A stretch of DNA of 64,000 nucleotides from Nitrospirota bacterium (GTDB lineage Bacteria > Nitrospirota > Thermodesulfovibrionia > Thermodesulfovibrionales > UBA9159): positions 224,001-288,000 of the forward strand of contig CAVOUE010000003.1 in the NCBI GenBank assembly GCA_963699545.1, given 5' to 3'. Of the stretch, positions 27,361-40,566 are shown piece after piece. A program made the translations under genes and the position numbers. Under the pieces are notes generated by a model. It was not told where the DNA came from. It saw nothing but the letters and a program-made list of their open reading frames with translations, and did not search any database. The number at the start of each line of letters is the position of its first letter. Within the stretch, counting starts at the first letter, position 1.

Positions 27361-30300
27361 GTGAAGGTGATCAACAAGACCATACTCGGAAGCCTGCCGC
27401 ATCTGCGTGCGAGCTTCCGCGGAACAGACCTGGCGCAAAAGTGCGCTGTCTCCGAACCTCCGCTGCGATCGGAGTTGTTCAGCATCGACCAGATGGAGCA
27501 GCATGGCATGACCCTGGCGGGCTTGCACAAATTGAGCCCGGGATATCCTCCTGATCAACTCCTGGGGCGACTGGCTGAGAATGAAGGCATCCTGACCGGA
27601 ACCCGTCGCCTGCTTATGGAGGCGGTCACAACTGATCGCCGGATCACGCCGGCAGGCGAATGGCTGCTCGATAATTTCTACCTGATCGAAGAACAGATCC
27701 GCACGGCCAGGAGACATCTACCAAAGGGGTACAGCCGGGAACTTCCCCGCCTGCGGGACGGTCTTTCGGCAGGGCTTCCGCGCGTGTATGACATCGCTTT
27801 GGAGACGATCTCACACAGCGATGGGCGGATAGATCCGCAAAGTCTCAGCAGGTTCGTTGCAGCCTACCAGACAGTCACCGTCCTGAAGTTGGGAGAATTG
27901 TGGGCCATCCCTATTATGCTACGGCTCGCGTTGATCGAGAATCTCCGACGCATTGGGGCACGGATCGCTGCCGACAGACTCGACCGAAACCAGGCTGATT
28001 ATTGGGCGGACCGGATTACCGAGATCGCCGGAAAGGACCCGAAAAGTCTCATATTGGTGATCGCGGATATGGCGCGGTCGAACCCGCCGCTGAAGGGCGC
28101 TTTCGTTGCGGAATTTGCCCGCCGGCTTCAGGGTCAGGGCCCGGCCCTGGCAATGCCGCTCACCTGGATTGAACAGCGACTCTCCGAGTGCAGTCTGACG
28201 ATCGACCATTTGGTCCAGTCGGAGAACCAGCAACAAGCGGCTGATCAGGTTTCGATGAGCAACAGCATCGGCAGCCTCCGTTTTCTTGGCACAATGGACT
28301 GGCGCGAGTTCGTCGAGACGATGAGCGTTGTCGAACAGACCCTGCGTGAGGACCCCGGCGGTACGTACGTCAAAATGGACTTCTCCACTCGTGACCGTTA
28401 CCGTCACGTGGTGGAGAAAATGGCGAAGAGCGGCAGACTATCGGAAGGCGAAGTGGCAGCCGAAGCAATCCGGCTCGCGCACAGGGGCACAATCAATAAA
28501 GACGGTACTCGCTGCGGAGATGATCGCGAGGCTCATGTGGGCTATTACCTGATCGACAAGGGATTGCCGCAGCTTGAAGAGCTGGCACATGTGCCGATTG
28601 TCTGTCTCCAGGGCTCTTCGGAAAGTGAGTTCCCGGGTTCCTTTGCTCCTCTATCTGGGCACGATCACGCTCATGACAGCGATTTTCACCGGGGGGTTAC
28701 TGACGAAGGCGCATAGTGATGGTTTACACAATTGGCTGCTCGTGATGACCGGTATCCTCTCATTGCTGTGTGCAAGTCAGCTGGCGGTTGCAGTGGTGAA
28801 CTGGCTTGCGACATTGCTGGTAATTCCGCAGCAGCTGCCGCGAATGGACTTTTCCAAAGGTATTCCGCCTGAATCGCGGACTCTCACCGTTGTCCCGACC
28901 ATGCTCACAAGCGCCCAAGGAATCGAGGACCTGATCGAGGCTCTGGAAGTCAGGTTCCTGGCAAATCGTGACGAAAACCTGCACTTCGGCCTGCTGACTG
29001 ATTTTCAGGATGCGGCAGAGGAAACGCTGCCGGAGGACGAACCGCTGTTACTGCTGGCCCGGCAGAGAATCGAAGAACTGAATGAGAAGTACAGGAATGC
29101 AAAAGGCGATACGTTCTTCCTTTTTCACCGCCCGCGGCGATGGAACGCCCGGGAGCAGGTTTGGATGGGTTACGAGCGCAAGCGGGGGAAGCTGGCGGAA
29201 TTGAATTCCTTATTGCGCGGCGGAAAAGATGGCGGGACAGATGATCTCTCCGGAAACTCCTTCTCGCTCATCGTCGGTAATACAGAAATCCTGTCAAACG
29301 TAAAGTACGTGATCACCCTTGACACTGATACTCAGCTGCCGCGCGATTCGGCGCGGCAGTTTGTGGGAGCCATGGCGCACCCGCTGAACCGTGCGCAATA
29401 CGACGAAGGCAAACAGCGCGTTGTTGCCGGGTACGGCATCCTTCAGCCCCGGGTCGGAGTGAGTCTGCCGGGCACAAACCGCTCGCGGTATGCCCGCATG
29501 TACGGGAGTGATCCTGGCATCGACCCATACACACGTGCGGTCTCGGATGTCTACCAGGACATCTTCCTTGAAGGTTCTTTTATCGGCAAGGGGATCTATG
29601 AGGTCGACACATTCGACCGGGCGCTGGGCGGACGTTTTCCCGAGAACCGGATACTCAGCCACGATCTCATCGAAGGGTGTTACGCGCGCGCGGGGCTTCT
29701 GAGTGATGTAATGTTGTACGAGGAGTACCCCTACCGCTACAGCGCTGATGTGAGCCGCCGGCACCGTTGGATTCGCGGTGATTGGCAGCTTGTGCGCTGG
29801 CTGCTACCGGGGGTTCCAGGCCCCAATGGACAGCGCCAAAAGAACCCTCTCTCGCTGTTGTCCCGATGGAAGCTCTTCGACAACCTTCGGCGCAGTCTCG
29901 CGCCTTCGGCATTGACGCTTCTCCTGCTGCTGGGCTGGACGGTCCTGTCATCACCGTGGTTCTGGACCTTGTCCGTAATCGGCATCTTTCTTATCCCCTC
30001 TGTGATATCCTTTATTCTCGACCTGCTTAAGAAGCCGGGCGATCTGCTTTTCAGTCAGCATCTCACTGCTGTGGGGCGCTCCTTCGGCAGGCGCTTTGTC
30101 CAGCTTGTGTTTACGATCGCCTGTCTCCCGTATGAAGCGTCTTTTCAGTCTGGATGCGATTCTGCGTACAACCTGGAGAATTCTGGTCACACACAAGCGA
30201 CTCCTTGAATGGAATCCGTCAGGTGACCCGGACAAAAATGCCCTTAGCTCCCGTATGGGTGGTTTCGCCGGTGTCTGCCGGACCATGTGGTTCGCACCCT

Positions 30301-33300
30301 TTCTTGCCGTCGCAGCGATAATCCATCTGGCGCTTTTTAATCCCGCTGTCCTGGGAGCGGCTGCGCCAATACTGCTTCTCTGGTTTTCCTCTCCCGTTAT
30401 CGCGTGGCGGATCAGTCTGCCGCTTGCCCGCAACGAAGCAAGGCTGAGGCCCGACCAGACCGTTTTTCTCCAACAGCTTGCCCGAAAGACCTGGGCCTTC
30501 TTCGAGACATTCGTCGGCCCCGAAGACCATTGGCTGCCGCCTGATAACTATCAGGAGCACCCCGCCCCTGCCGTTGCTCATCGCACTTCACCTACTAACA
30601 TGGGACTTGCGCTGCTGGCGAATTTGTCCGCCCACGACTTTGGCTACCTTTCTACGCAGCAACTCATCGAACGCACCACGAATGCATTCTCTACAATGGA
30701 AACGCTGGAACGCTACCGGGGCCACTTCTATAACTGGTACGACACACAGACTCTCAAGCCGCTGCGGCCCAAATACGTCTCCACCGTGGACAGCGGGAAC
30801 CTTGCAGCCCATCTGCTTACGTTGCGGCAGGGTCTGATGACGCTTCCCGATCAGACAATCCTAGGCCCGCGGGTCTTTGATGGGCTCCGCGACACATTAG
30901 GGATTCTCCTGGACGCAGTGGCCGAAACACATTTTGAAGGGGACGTCCCTGTCTTGCTCGCTCAACTACAGAAAGAGCTGGAATCTACCTATAATTTCAA
31001 ACCACCTGTTCTGGCGACTGCGCAGCTCTGCCTTGATAACCTCGCAAAGTACGCAGAGGAGCTGCTTTCCAAGATCGATCCTCTGGATGTCGGTTCGGGA
31101 AATCAGGCCGGCTCGTGGGCACACGCTTTTGCCGGGCAATGCCGGGCCGCGCTCAATGAGCTGACGCTTCTCACCCCGTCGTCAGTGAACGGCATTGATG
31201 AGATACCGACGCTGCGCGAACTGGCAGGCATGGGAAACGAGCTCGCTACTGAGAGGATTACGGCTATCGAAAAGCTTGTGTTGCAGTCCGGCGAACTCAG
31301 CCGCATGGAGTATGACTTCCTGTTCGACAGGGCGAGTCATTTGCTGGCCATCGGGTACAACGTCGACGGCCGCAGGCGGGACATGAGTTACTACGACCTG
31401 CTGGCTTCGGAGGCCAGACTCTGCAGTTTCGTAGCGATCGCCCAGGGACAATTGCCACAGGAGAGCTGGTTTGCCCTCGGGCGCCTGCTCACGAACGTCG
31501 GGGGAGAGCCGATCCTCGTTTCCTGGAGCGGTTCGATGTTCGAATACCTCATGCCGCTCCTGGTAATGCCGACGTATGAACGCACGCTGCTCGATGCGAC
31601 CTGCAAGGCGGCAGTGGCCAGGCAGATCGAGTATGGGAGGAAACGCGGGGTACCCTGGGGCATTTCGGAATCGGGCTACAACACGATCGACGCCCATCTC
31701 AACTACCAATACCGCGCCTTCGGCGTCCCCGGCCTGGGCCTCAAACGCGGGCTCGCCGACGATCTGGTAATTGCGCCCTATGCTTCGGCGCTTGCGCTCA
31801 TGGTGGCGCCCGAGGAGGCGTGCCTGAATTTGCAGCGGCTCGCGGCGGAAGGATGCGAGGGGAAATTCGGCTTCTATGAAGCGATCGATTACACTCCTTC
31901 GCGTTTGCAACGCCGACAATCGAGTGCCGTGGTCCGGTCATTTATGGCTCACCATGTGGGCATGAGCTTTCTCTCCCTGGCCCATCTGCTTTTGGACCGT
32001 CCGATGCAGAAACGGTTCGAGTCGGACCCTTTGTTCCAGGCAACCACGCTTCTTCTTCAGGAGCGTGTGCCAAGGGCCACGGGATTCTATTCGCAGACCG
32101 CCGACCTCTCCGAATCACCTACGTCTTCCACCGGAGCGGAGACCTCCGTGCGCTCTTTCAGCAGCCCGGACACACCGTTTCCCCAGGTGCAGCTGTTGTC
32201 GAACGGCAGGTACCACGTGATGATCACGAACGCCGGCGGCGGGTACAGCCGATGGAAGGACATCGCAATCACACGCTGGCGTGAAGACAGTACCCGCGAC
32301 GACTGGGGCACGTTTTGTTATATCCGTGAGGTGGCGAGCGGGGAGTTCTGGTCAACAACATATCAGCCGGCGCTCAAACGCTCGAAGAATTATGAAGCGA
32401 TTTTCTCGGAAGGACGCGCCGAGTTTCGTTGCAGGGACCACGACTTTGACACACACACCGAGATCGCCGTTTCTCCGGAGGATGATATTGAGCTGCGCAG
32501 GATCACGATCACCAACCGCGGCCGGACACGCAGAGAGATCGACATCACAAGTTACGCGGAAGTCGTCCTTGCGCCACCTGATGCAGACACGCTGCATCCT
32601 GCGTTCAGCAATCTTTTCGTTCAGACAGAGATCATCGATCACAAGCGGGCGATCCTCTGCACCCGTCGCCCCCGCTCCCTCGAGGAGCATGCGCCATGGA
32701 TGTTTCATCTGATGGCTGTCCATGGGGTAGAAACCGACGAAGTGTCCTATGAGACCGACCGTATGCGGTTCATCGGTCGTGGAAACACGGTTACCAACCC
32801 GCAGGCCCTGAGCGGGTCTGCTGCGCTCTCGGACAGTGAAAGCTCAGTGCTCGATCCGATCGTCGCGATACGGTATCGTATAATTCTTGACCCGGAAAGA
32901 TCGGCAACAATAAATATTGTCACCGGCATCGGTGAAACCCGGGACATCTGTATGGGCCTCGTAGAGAAATACCAGGACCGGTATCTTGCAGATCGTGTCT
33001 TCGATCTCGCATGGACGCACAGCCAGGTGCTCCTGAGGCAGATCAACGCCACGGAAGCCGATGCGCAACTCTATGGGCGCCTTGCCGGCTCTGTGATCTA
33101 CGCCAATTCTTCGTTGCGCGCCGACCCGGGCGTCGTCATCACGAATCGCCGCGGGCAATCCGGTCTGTGGGGCTACTCCATATCCGGCGATCTCCCTATC
33201 GTGCTGTTGCAGATCGGAGATCCGGCAAACATCGACCTGGTGCGCCAGCTCGTACAAGCACACGCGTACTGGCGTCTCAAAGGACTGGCGGTGGACCTTG

Positions 33301-36061
33301 TGATCTGGAACGAAGATCATGCGGGTTACCGGCAGCTTCTGCAAGAGCAGATCATGGGACTCATCGCCGCAGGCGTCGAAGCGAACGTGACAGAACGACC
33401 GGGTGGCATCTTCGTAAGACCTGTGGACCAGATATCAGGCGAGGACCGCATCCTGCTCCAAACGGTCGCCCGTGCCGTCATCACCGACAGCCTCGGCCCG
33501 ATCGAGGACCAGATCAGCCGCCGCAGTAGCGTGCCACTCATAGTACCGCGCCTTGCGCCGGCCCGGAGCCTTCGCGCCGAATCCTCGACTGCCGTGGCAA
33601 TTACTCGCAGCGATCTGCTGTTTTTTAACGGACTCGGAGGATTCACCCCCGACGGCCGCGAGTATATCATTACGACCCTGCACGGACAGGTGACTCCGGC
33701 GCCATGGGTGAATGTGATTGCCAACCCTCACTTCGGGACAGTCATTTCGGAAAGCGGCGGTTCTTACACCTGGAGCGAGAATGCCCACGAGTTCCGCCTC
33801 ACTCCCTGGTACAACGACCCGGTGAGCGATTCCGGCGGAGAGGCTTTTTACCTCCGCGATGAAGAGAGCGGCCTTTTCTGGTCCCCTTCGCCGTTGCCTG
33901 TTCGGGGGGCAAGGCATTACGTCAGTCGCCACGGATTCGGTTACAGTGTTTTTGAACACACGGAAGACGGCATCAGCTCAGAGATGTGGGTTTACGTAGC
34001 AACGGATGCATCGGTCAAGTTGACGGTGTTAAAGGTGAGAAACGAATCGGACCGGTCTCGCCGGCTCTCAGCCACCGGATACGTGGAGTGGGTGCTGGGA
34101 GATCTTCGCCAAAAAACAGCAATGCATGTGAGCACCGAAATAGACCCAAAAACCGGCGCGCTCTTCGGGCGGAACCCATACAACACGGAGTTCGCCGACC
34201 GGACCGCGTTCTTCGACGTGGATGAGGCGACGCGGAACGTAAGCGGCGACCGTACTGAGTTCGTTGGCCGTAACGGCACGCTTCGGACGCCCGGACGCGA
34301 TGACACGCGCCCGGCTTTCAGGCAGGGTAGGAGCCAGCCCTGGACCCCTGCGGCGCTATCCAGGTCCCCTTCGAACTTGCAGAGGGACAAGAGCGTGAGA
34401 TTATCTTCAGGCTTGGCGTAGGACGCGACCCATATGATGCCGGCCAGCTGGTGCGGCGCTTCCGGGGATCTGCCGCCGCGCGCGACGCGCTCGAAAAGGT
34501 CTGGCAGTACTGGAACCACACCCTCGGTGCAGTGCAGGTGGAAACACCGGACCAGTCCGTCAATGTGCTGGCCAACGGCTGGCTTTTGTACCAAACTCTG
34601 GCATGTCGTCTTTGGGCACGGTCCGGATACTACCAGCCCGGGGGCGCCTTCGGCTTCCGCGACCAGTTGCAGGACGTGATGGCGCTTATCCACTGTGAGC
34701 CCCGGCTTATGCGCGAGCACCTCCTCCTTTGCGCGGCCCATCAGTTCAGGGAGGGAGATGTCCAGCATTGGTGGCATCCCCCCTCTGGCCGGGGCGTGCG
34801 CACACACTGTTCGGACGACTTTCTCTGGTTGCCCCTGGCTGCGTGCCGCTACGTTCTGATGACCGGAGACACGGGGGTGTTGGATGAAACTGTCCGCTTC
34901 ATCGAGGGCCGCCCGGTAAACAAAGACGAGGACTCGTATTACGATCTTCCCCAGGCGTCCGAAGAAACGGCGAGTTTGTACGATCACTGTGTGCGGGCCA
35001 TTCTAAGGGGCCTCAGCCGGGGCGAACACGGTTTGCCGCTCATCGGCTCGGGTGATTGGAACGACGGAATGAACATGGTGGGCGAATACGGCAAGGGTGA
35101 AAGCGTTTGGCTGGGATTCTTCCTCTATAAAGTGCTCGTGGAGTTCTGTGAGATTGCGCGTCTGCGCGGTGATCTGTCCTTCGTCGAACGCTGTCGGGAG
35201 GAAGCTGCTCAACTGCGCAGAAATATCGAGGAGAATGGCTGGGATGGCGAGTGGTATCTGCGTGCTTACTTTGACGACGGTTCACCATTGGGTTCGGCGG
35301 GTAATCCCGAATGCCGGATTGATTCGATTGCGCAAAGCTGGTCTGTCCTCTCGGGAGCCGGAGATGCCGATCGCTCAGCCATGGCAATGGAAGCGATGGA
35401 TAAGCTTCTCGTTCGACGGGACCATGGCCTGATCCAGCTCCTAGACCCGCCATTCGACAAATCGGATATGAACCCCGGCTATATAAAGGGATACGTACCG
35501 GGGGTAAGGGAGAATGGAGGGCAATACAGTCATGCGGCAATCTGGGCGGCGATGGCCTTCGCTTCGTTGGGCGACAGCAGTCGCGCGTGGGAACTGCTGG
35601 CAATGATCAACCCGGTAAACCATGCGGGATCTCCGGAGAAGATCGCAATCTACAAAGTAGAACCGTATGTTGTCGCGGCCGACGTATATGCGCTCTCTCC
35701 GCACATTGGCCGCGGTGGATGGACATGGTACACGGGATCGGCCGGCTGGATGTACAGGCTTATCCTTGAATCACTCCTTGGGTTGAGGTGTGAAACAAAC
35801 ACGCTGCGCTTCGAGCCGTGTCTCCCCGGGGATTGGAAGGCGTTCAAGGTGCATTACCGGTACAGGGAAACAGTCTACCACATCACCGTGCTCCAACCGA
35901 GCGACGCCAGTGTGGCGAGTGTGATTGTCGATGGCGTTGAACAACCCGACGCGGTAATCCCCCTTGTTGACGACCATCGGGAACATTCAGTTGAGGTGAG
36001 AATTGCAGTGGCGCACCTTAGCCCCCGAAGAGCCAGCGCTTCAGATTCCAGAAATGGATGA
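27361..36061 (+). CDS. ndvB: Cyclic beta-1,2-glucan synthase (Cgs/NdvB; GT84 plus GH94); frameshifts near 28595, 30142, 34291, 34335
   Basis: [110 protein letters not shown] across four partial ORFs. Confidence 0.93.
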
Positions 36062-36608
36062 TCTTTTGTGTAAAGGCGACCTGGTCAACCGTGGTTGCCA
36101 GATCCTTTAGCTCCATTCGCGTCTTTTCTATCTCTCTGTCCTGGGCCTGTTCAAGTCCGCCGTCAGCAATGAAATGGCGAATCTTTTCAAGTTCTCCCGG
36201 ATCGAGCCAGACACCGTGTTTCCCGCATTCGTCGATGATCACCCCTGAGATCTTTCCGAAATTCTTGCGGTTCATCATCTTGCCGCACCGGACACAGGGG
36301 ATGTACTCCACGGGGTCCTTTGCAGGGGCTTTAAGATACTCGCCGTTCACCTCTTCTTTCCTGTATACATCATATTCGCTCGTGACGACTTTGAACTCAC
36401 CTCTGTCAAGCCACATGCCGCTGCATGACGGGCAGAGGTCATACTCTTCTTTCGCGGCCATGTGGACTTCAAGGGGCGTTCTGCACCGCGGACACACCGG
36501 GGGGAGCTGCTCACATTTATCACGGAGATGTCCGCCGCAGAGGGGACAGGTGGCGTAGTTCACATTGATATCCCTGCCGCAGTAGTCGCATTTCTTTGTT
36601 CCGCTCAT
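36018..36608 (-). CDS. Multi zinc-ribbon protein (zf-TFIIB-like)
   Basis: CDYC, CPLC, CPRC...[17 protein letters not shown]...[15 protein letters not shown]. Confidence 0.8.
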   Translation of the reverse strand: MSGTKKCDYCGRDINVNYATCPLCGGHLRDKCEQLPPVCPRCRTPLEVHMAAKEEYDLCPSCSGMWLDRGEFKVVTSEYDVYRKEEVNGEYLKAPAKDPVEYIPCVRCGKMMNRKNFGKISGVIIDECGKHGVWLDPGELEKIRHFIADGGLEQAQDREIEKTRMELKDLATTVDQVAFTQKIIHFWNLKRWLFGG

Positions 36609-36746
36609 GTTCTTATCCTATGGATGTATCGCCCCGTTGTCAAGGAATCAACGAAGGATCTCACTATACGCTATGTCGTGCGTTACCATTCCTGTTTGCC
36701 GGGATGCAGCATATCCGCTCCGCCCCGGGCGGGTGTGGCACTCCAG

Positions 36747-37810
36747 CTAAAGTGCGGAGGGTGAACCTGCGACCGACTGTTTTATCACAGATACCATCGT
36801 CCCCGTCTCTCCCCTCTTCCACAATACAAGAATGTGCGCCCTGAGCTCCGCTGCCCTCCTGTAGCCGATCCTCCTGGCGTCCTCCAGCAACGACCAGTCT
36901 CTGCTGTCCGAAAAATTCTGAAATGCGTTCATCATCTCGGGGAGATTTCTCTTCTGATCCCGTCCAGGAACGCCATATGGAAATGAAGGAGAGCGGTCTT
37001 CCTCCCTTTGATGATATGCTGAAGAGGTCCCTTTTCCGAGGTATCCGCCAGGAGGTCCTTCACTCCCCTTACATAGAATTCGGCGGCCCTGTCCGTATTT
37101 CCACTAAGGATCTCAAGCCACTCATCGGCATGCTCATCTTCGAATGCCTCACCCGTTTCGTGCAGAACGAAAAGCTCTGACACCTCTGAAGAAAGGGCTT
37201 CAATCTTGTGAATAAGTTCCTCCGGAGATTCCTTGCCTTCTATCCCGAAAGCAGAGAAGGCCTCTTTCAGCAGACCCCCGAATCTCCTGCCTTGCAATTC
37301 CTGGAACTTGTCCCAGAGCAAAGCCTTCAGCGCCTCGAGCCTCATGAATACGCACCTGCCCTGGACCATAGCCGCAGATGTGGTGAGGTCCCTGCAGAGT
37401 TCCTTCCCCGAGTAATGGACGAGGTAATCATAGTACTCCCTTTTCCTCTCAAGGGTCGCAAGGTAAAAGGTCGGTTTGTTGAACCTTCCGTAGCCCCCTC
37501 CGTAGACAAAACCCTCCCGATTAAGGAGCGTGTTCAGTCCGTCGACGTCAAAGGGATCATAGAGAGCACCCTCTATCTGGAGGGGCCGGAATTCTTCATG
37601 CTCAAGGCTTTTCCATAGCGCTTCTGTAGCGGCGATCCATTCCGACGTCCCTTCCCTGGGTGTTTGGTCCCACGGCATGAGGTTGTGTTCGTTTTTGTAT
37701 AGTTCTCTCAATCTCATGAGCAGACCGCAGAGGGAATAATATCCCCAAAACCTGGCGTCGGAGATGGTGCAGTTCAATTTCACCTGCTCTTTGAGATTCT
37801 CTATGTCCAT
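36747..37810 (-). CDS. Conserved hypothetical protein (Sfum_1244-like); frameshift near 36938
   Basis: NCTISDARFWGYYSLCGLLMRLRELY, YGGGYGRFNKPTF, LHETGE; C-terminus continues in ORF 36747-36935. Confidence 0.7.
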
Positions 37811-37905
37811 AAAGATATCTTAGGATAAACAGCCCGAAAATGAAAAGACGCGGTCGTCCCTCCGCTCTTGCATATTACCGGGGTAAATATTAGAATCATA
37901 CGACT

Positions 37906-39189
37906 ATGAAGATACTGAAGACATCCGGGGAGGTACGGGCATTCCTCCTGCTGCTCAGGAAAAGGGCGTCCGGGGGCACAGGCAGGGTGGAAGTGACCGT
38001 AAGAAAGATCCTGGACGATGTCAGAAAGAACGGCGATGAAGCGGTCATCAGATACACACGGAAATTCGATTCCCTGAAGACGGCGAACCTTCGGGTACGG
38101 CCGGCAGAGATCGCACGCCATGCCAATAAAGCAGACAGGAAGATCGTCAAATGCCTCGAGGTATCTGCAAACAGGATCCGCTCCTTCCATGAGATGCAGA
38201 AGGAAGAGTCCTGGTCTTTCTCTGAGGGTGATGCGATCTTGGGCCAGATAGTGCGGCCTCTGGAGCGGGTCGGTGTTTATGTCCCGGGCGGAAAGGCGTC
38301 ATATCCGTCCACCGTGCTGATGAATGTTATCCCTGCCCAGGTGGCGGAAGTGGATGAGATCGCCCTCTGTGTGCCCACGCCGGGAAATGAGGTCAACCCC
38401 TATGTCATGGCAGCCATAGAGATGCTGGGGGTAAGGGAGGTCTACAGGACAGGGGGCGCCCAGGCCGTCGGAGCCATGGCGTATGGAACGAAGACGATAA
38501 AGCGGGTCGATAAGATCGTCGGCCCCGGTAACATCTACGTTGCCATTGCCAAGAAGCTTGTATTCGGGGAAGTGGACATCGACATGATCGCAGGGCCAAG
38601 CGAAGTACTCATCATTGCCGATAAAACAGGCGAGCCTGAGTTCATCGCGGCAGACCTCTTGAGTCAGGCAGAGCATGATGAACTGGCCTCCTCTGTCCTT
38701 GTCACTGATTCCGCCGGACTGGCGAAAAGGGTACAGGAAGAGCTGAATCTTCAGGTCTCGAAGTTGCCTCGCATCGCCATTGCAAAGAAATCCATCAGTG
38801 CCTACGGGGCCATACTCCTCACAGAGAACATGAAGGAGGCGGTGAGGCTTGCCAACGCAATCGCCCCGGAACACCTTGAGGTGATGACCTCAAACCCCTT
38901 TGAGCTCCTTCCTCTGATCCGGAACGCCGGTGCGATCTTCCTCGGGCCCTGGACCCCCGAACCCCTGGGGGATTACGCTGCCGGACCGAACCACACGCTG
39001 CCTACGGGGGGAACCGCGCGGTTCTTCTCTCCCCTGGGCGTATACGATTTCATGAAGCGTTCCAGTCTTCTCAGCTTCTCAAGAGACGGCTTCAGGAAGC
39101 TGGCGGCGACGGTGATCGCATTATCGGAGATCGAGGGACTGAATGCGCACGGAAATACCATACGGGTGAGATATGAAAAGAAAGATTGA
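37906..39189 (+). CDS. hisD: Histidinol dehydrogenase
   Basis: GVYVPGGKASYPSTVLM, GPGNIYV, DMIAGPSE, DLLSQAEHD, APEHLE, GDYAAGPNHTLPT. Confidence 0.97.
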   Translation: MKILKTSGEVRAFLLLLRKRASGGTGRVEVTVRKILDDVRKNGDEAVIRYTRKFDSLKTANLRVRPAEIARHANKADRKIVKCLEVSANRIRSFHEMQKEESWSFSEGDAILGQIVRPLERVGVYVPGGKASYPSTVLMNVIPAQVAEVDEIALCVPTPGNEVNPYVMAAIEMLGVREVYRTGGAQAVGAMAYGTKTIKRVDKIVGPGNIYVAIAKKLVFGEVDIDMIAGPSEVLIIADKTGEPEFIAADLLSQAEHDELASSVLVTDSAGLAKRVQEELNLQVSKLPRIAIAKKSISAYGAILLTENMKEAVRLANAIAPEHLEVMTSNPFELLPLIRNAGAIFLGPWTPEPLGDYAAGPNHTLPTGGTARFFSPLGVYDFMKRSSLLSFSRDGFRKLAATVIALSEIEGLNAHGNTIRVRYEKKD

Positions 39190-40231
39190 TATAAGAACGC
39201 TGGTAAGACCGAACATCCGCACCCTCCGGGCCTATATCGCAAAGGAGATACCGTGCAGGATCAAGCTGGATGCCAATGAAAGCCCCTTTCCCATGAGCAC
39301 TGGGGACCGCCGAAGGCTCGCGGGGATCTTAGGCACGGTAAAGGCCAATCGTTATCCGGACCCCGAAGCAAAGGAGCTCAGGAAATGGGCGGCCGGAAGA
39401 TTCGGCGTCAAACCCCAAAATGTCCTTCAAGGCAACGGTTCCGATGAGCTCATCTATTACCTCATCACAACCTTTGGCGGACCGGTGCTCTATCCGGTCC
39501 CCACATTCTCGATGTACGGGATCATCTGCCAGGCCCTGGGAGAAAAAGGTACCCCTGTCCTCCTGAACAGGGGGTTCGATCTTGATCTCGAAAAAATGAT
39601 GAGGGTCGTCAAGGAAGAAAGACCGAAGCTCATCTTTCTGAGCTCTCCCAACAATCCAACCGGGAACTGTTTTTCGGCGGAGAAGATCCTGAAGCTCATC
39701 GAAGCATCAAAGGGCATCGTGGTGGTTGACGAGGCGTACCAGCCCTTCGCAAGCAAAAAAGGTTTTCTGCCCCTGCTGAAGGATTACCGGAACCTCGTGA
39801 TCATGCGGACGCTGAGCAAGGTGGGCCTGGCAGCCCTCCGCCTCGGTTTCCTCGTAGCAGACGCTGAAATTATCGGCGAAGTGAACAAGGTGAGACTCCC
39901 CTTCAACGTTAATTCCCTTTCACAGGAGCTGGCAGTGGCTGCCTTGAAGGATGCAAGGGGATTAGATGCAGCCATAAAGACCATCGTTTCAGAAAGGGAA
40001 AGGCTCCTGACGGAGATGGAACGGATAGAGGGTGTTGCTCCCTATCCCTCCGAGGCAAATTTCATACTCTTCAGGGTGAAGGACCCTGACCGTCTGTATC
40101 GCGGGCTCCTGAAAAAAGGGATACTCGTGAGGAATATGAATGACGGGATCAGGGGTTGCCTCAGGGTAACGGTGGGGACGCCGGAAGAGAATACCGCCTT
40201 TTTGAAGGTCCTGAGACAGGCGGTAAAGTAA
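39173..40231 (+). CDS. hisC: Histidinol-phosphate aminotransferase
   Basis: KLDANESP, NRYPDP, GNGSDE, SPNNPTG, DEAY, RTLSK, LRVTVGT. Confidence 0.95.
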   Translation: MKRKIDIRTLVRPNIRTLRAYIAKEIPCRIKLDANESPFPMSTGDRRRLAGILGTVKANRYPDPEAKELRKWAAGRFGVKPQNVLQGNGSDELIYYLITTFGGPVLYPVPTFSMYGIICQALGEKGTPVLLNRGFDLDLEKMMRVVKEERPKLIFLSSPNNPTGNCFSAEKILKLIEASKGIVVVDEAYQPFASKKGFLPLLKDYRNLVIMRTLSKVGLAALRLGFLVADAEIIGEVNKVRLPFNVNSLSQELAVAALKDARGLDAAIKTIVSERERLLTEMERIEGVAPYPSEANFILFRVKDPDRLYRGLLKKGILVRNMNDGIRGCLRVTVGTPEENTAFLKVLRQAVK

Positions 40232-40366
40232 GGATATCCGCCTTTTCGCCTGGTCGGACACAATTATGCGCGTGGCCGTATAAGGAGAGGGCAACTCCGA
40301 ACGTCGAGAAAAGCGGGACGTGTTTCAGGCTTCCGTTCTTCCGCACTGAAAGTCGTCGGCTTTTCG

Positions 40367-40438
40367 TTATTTCTTTGTCTTTTTTGCGGCGGTCTTCTTT
40401 GAACCGCAGGTCGAACCTTTACCGGCTTTGCATGCCAT
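40367..40438 (-). CDS. Unannotated 23-aa basic peptide MACKAGKGSTCGSKKTAAKKTKK
   Basis: AAGGAGG RBS before ATG 40438; TAA at 40367-40369; own TTGACA-17-TATATT promoter. Confidence 0.65.
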   Translation of the reverse strand: MACKAGKGSTCGSKKTAAKKTKK

Positions 40439-40484
40439 ACGCTGTCCCTCCTTTTTTTACGTTCTCATTCGATTTCTATCATTG

Positions 40485-40513
40485 AATATAGCATTTGAAT
40501 ACTTGACTGTCAA
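40485..40513 (-). promoter_or_regulatory. Near-consensus sigma70 promoter for the small peptide
   Basis: TTGACA GTCAAGTATTCAAATGC TATATT. Confidence 0.7.
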
Positions 40514-40566
40514 ATGACTTTGCACCGGGCCGAAAGCCACGGGCAATGAGCGGCGAGCTTTGGCTA

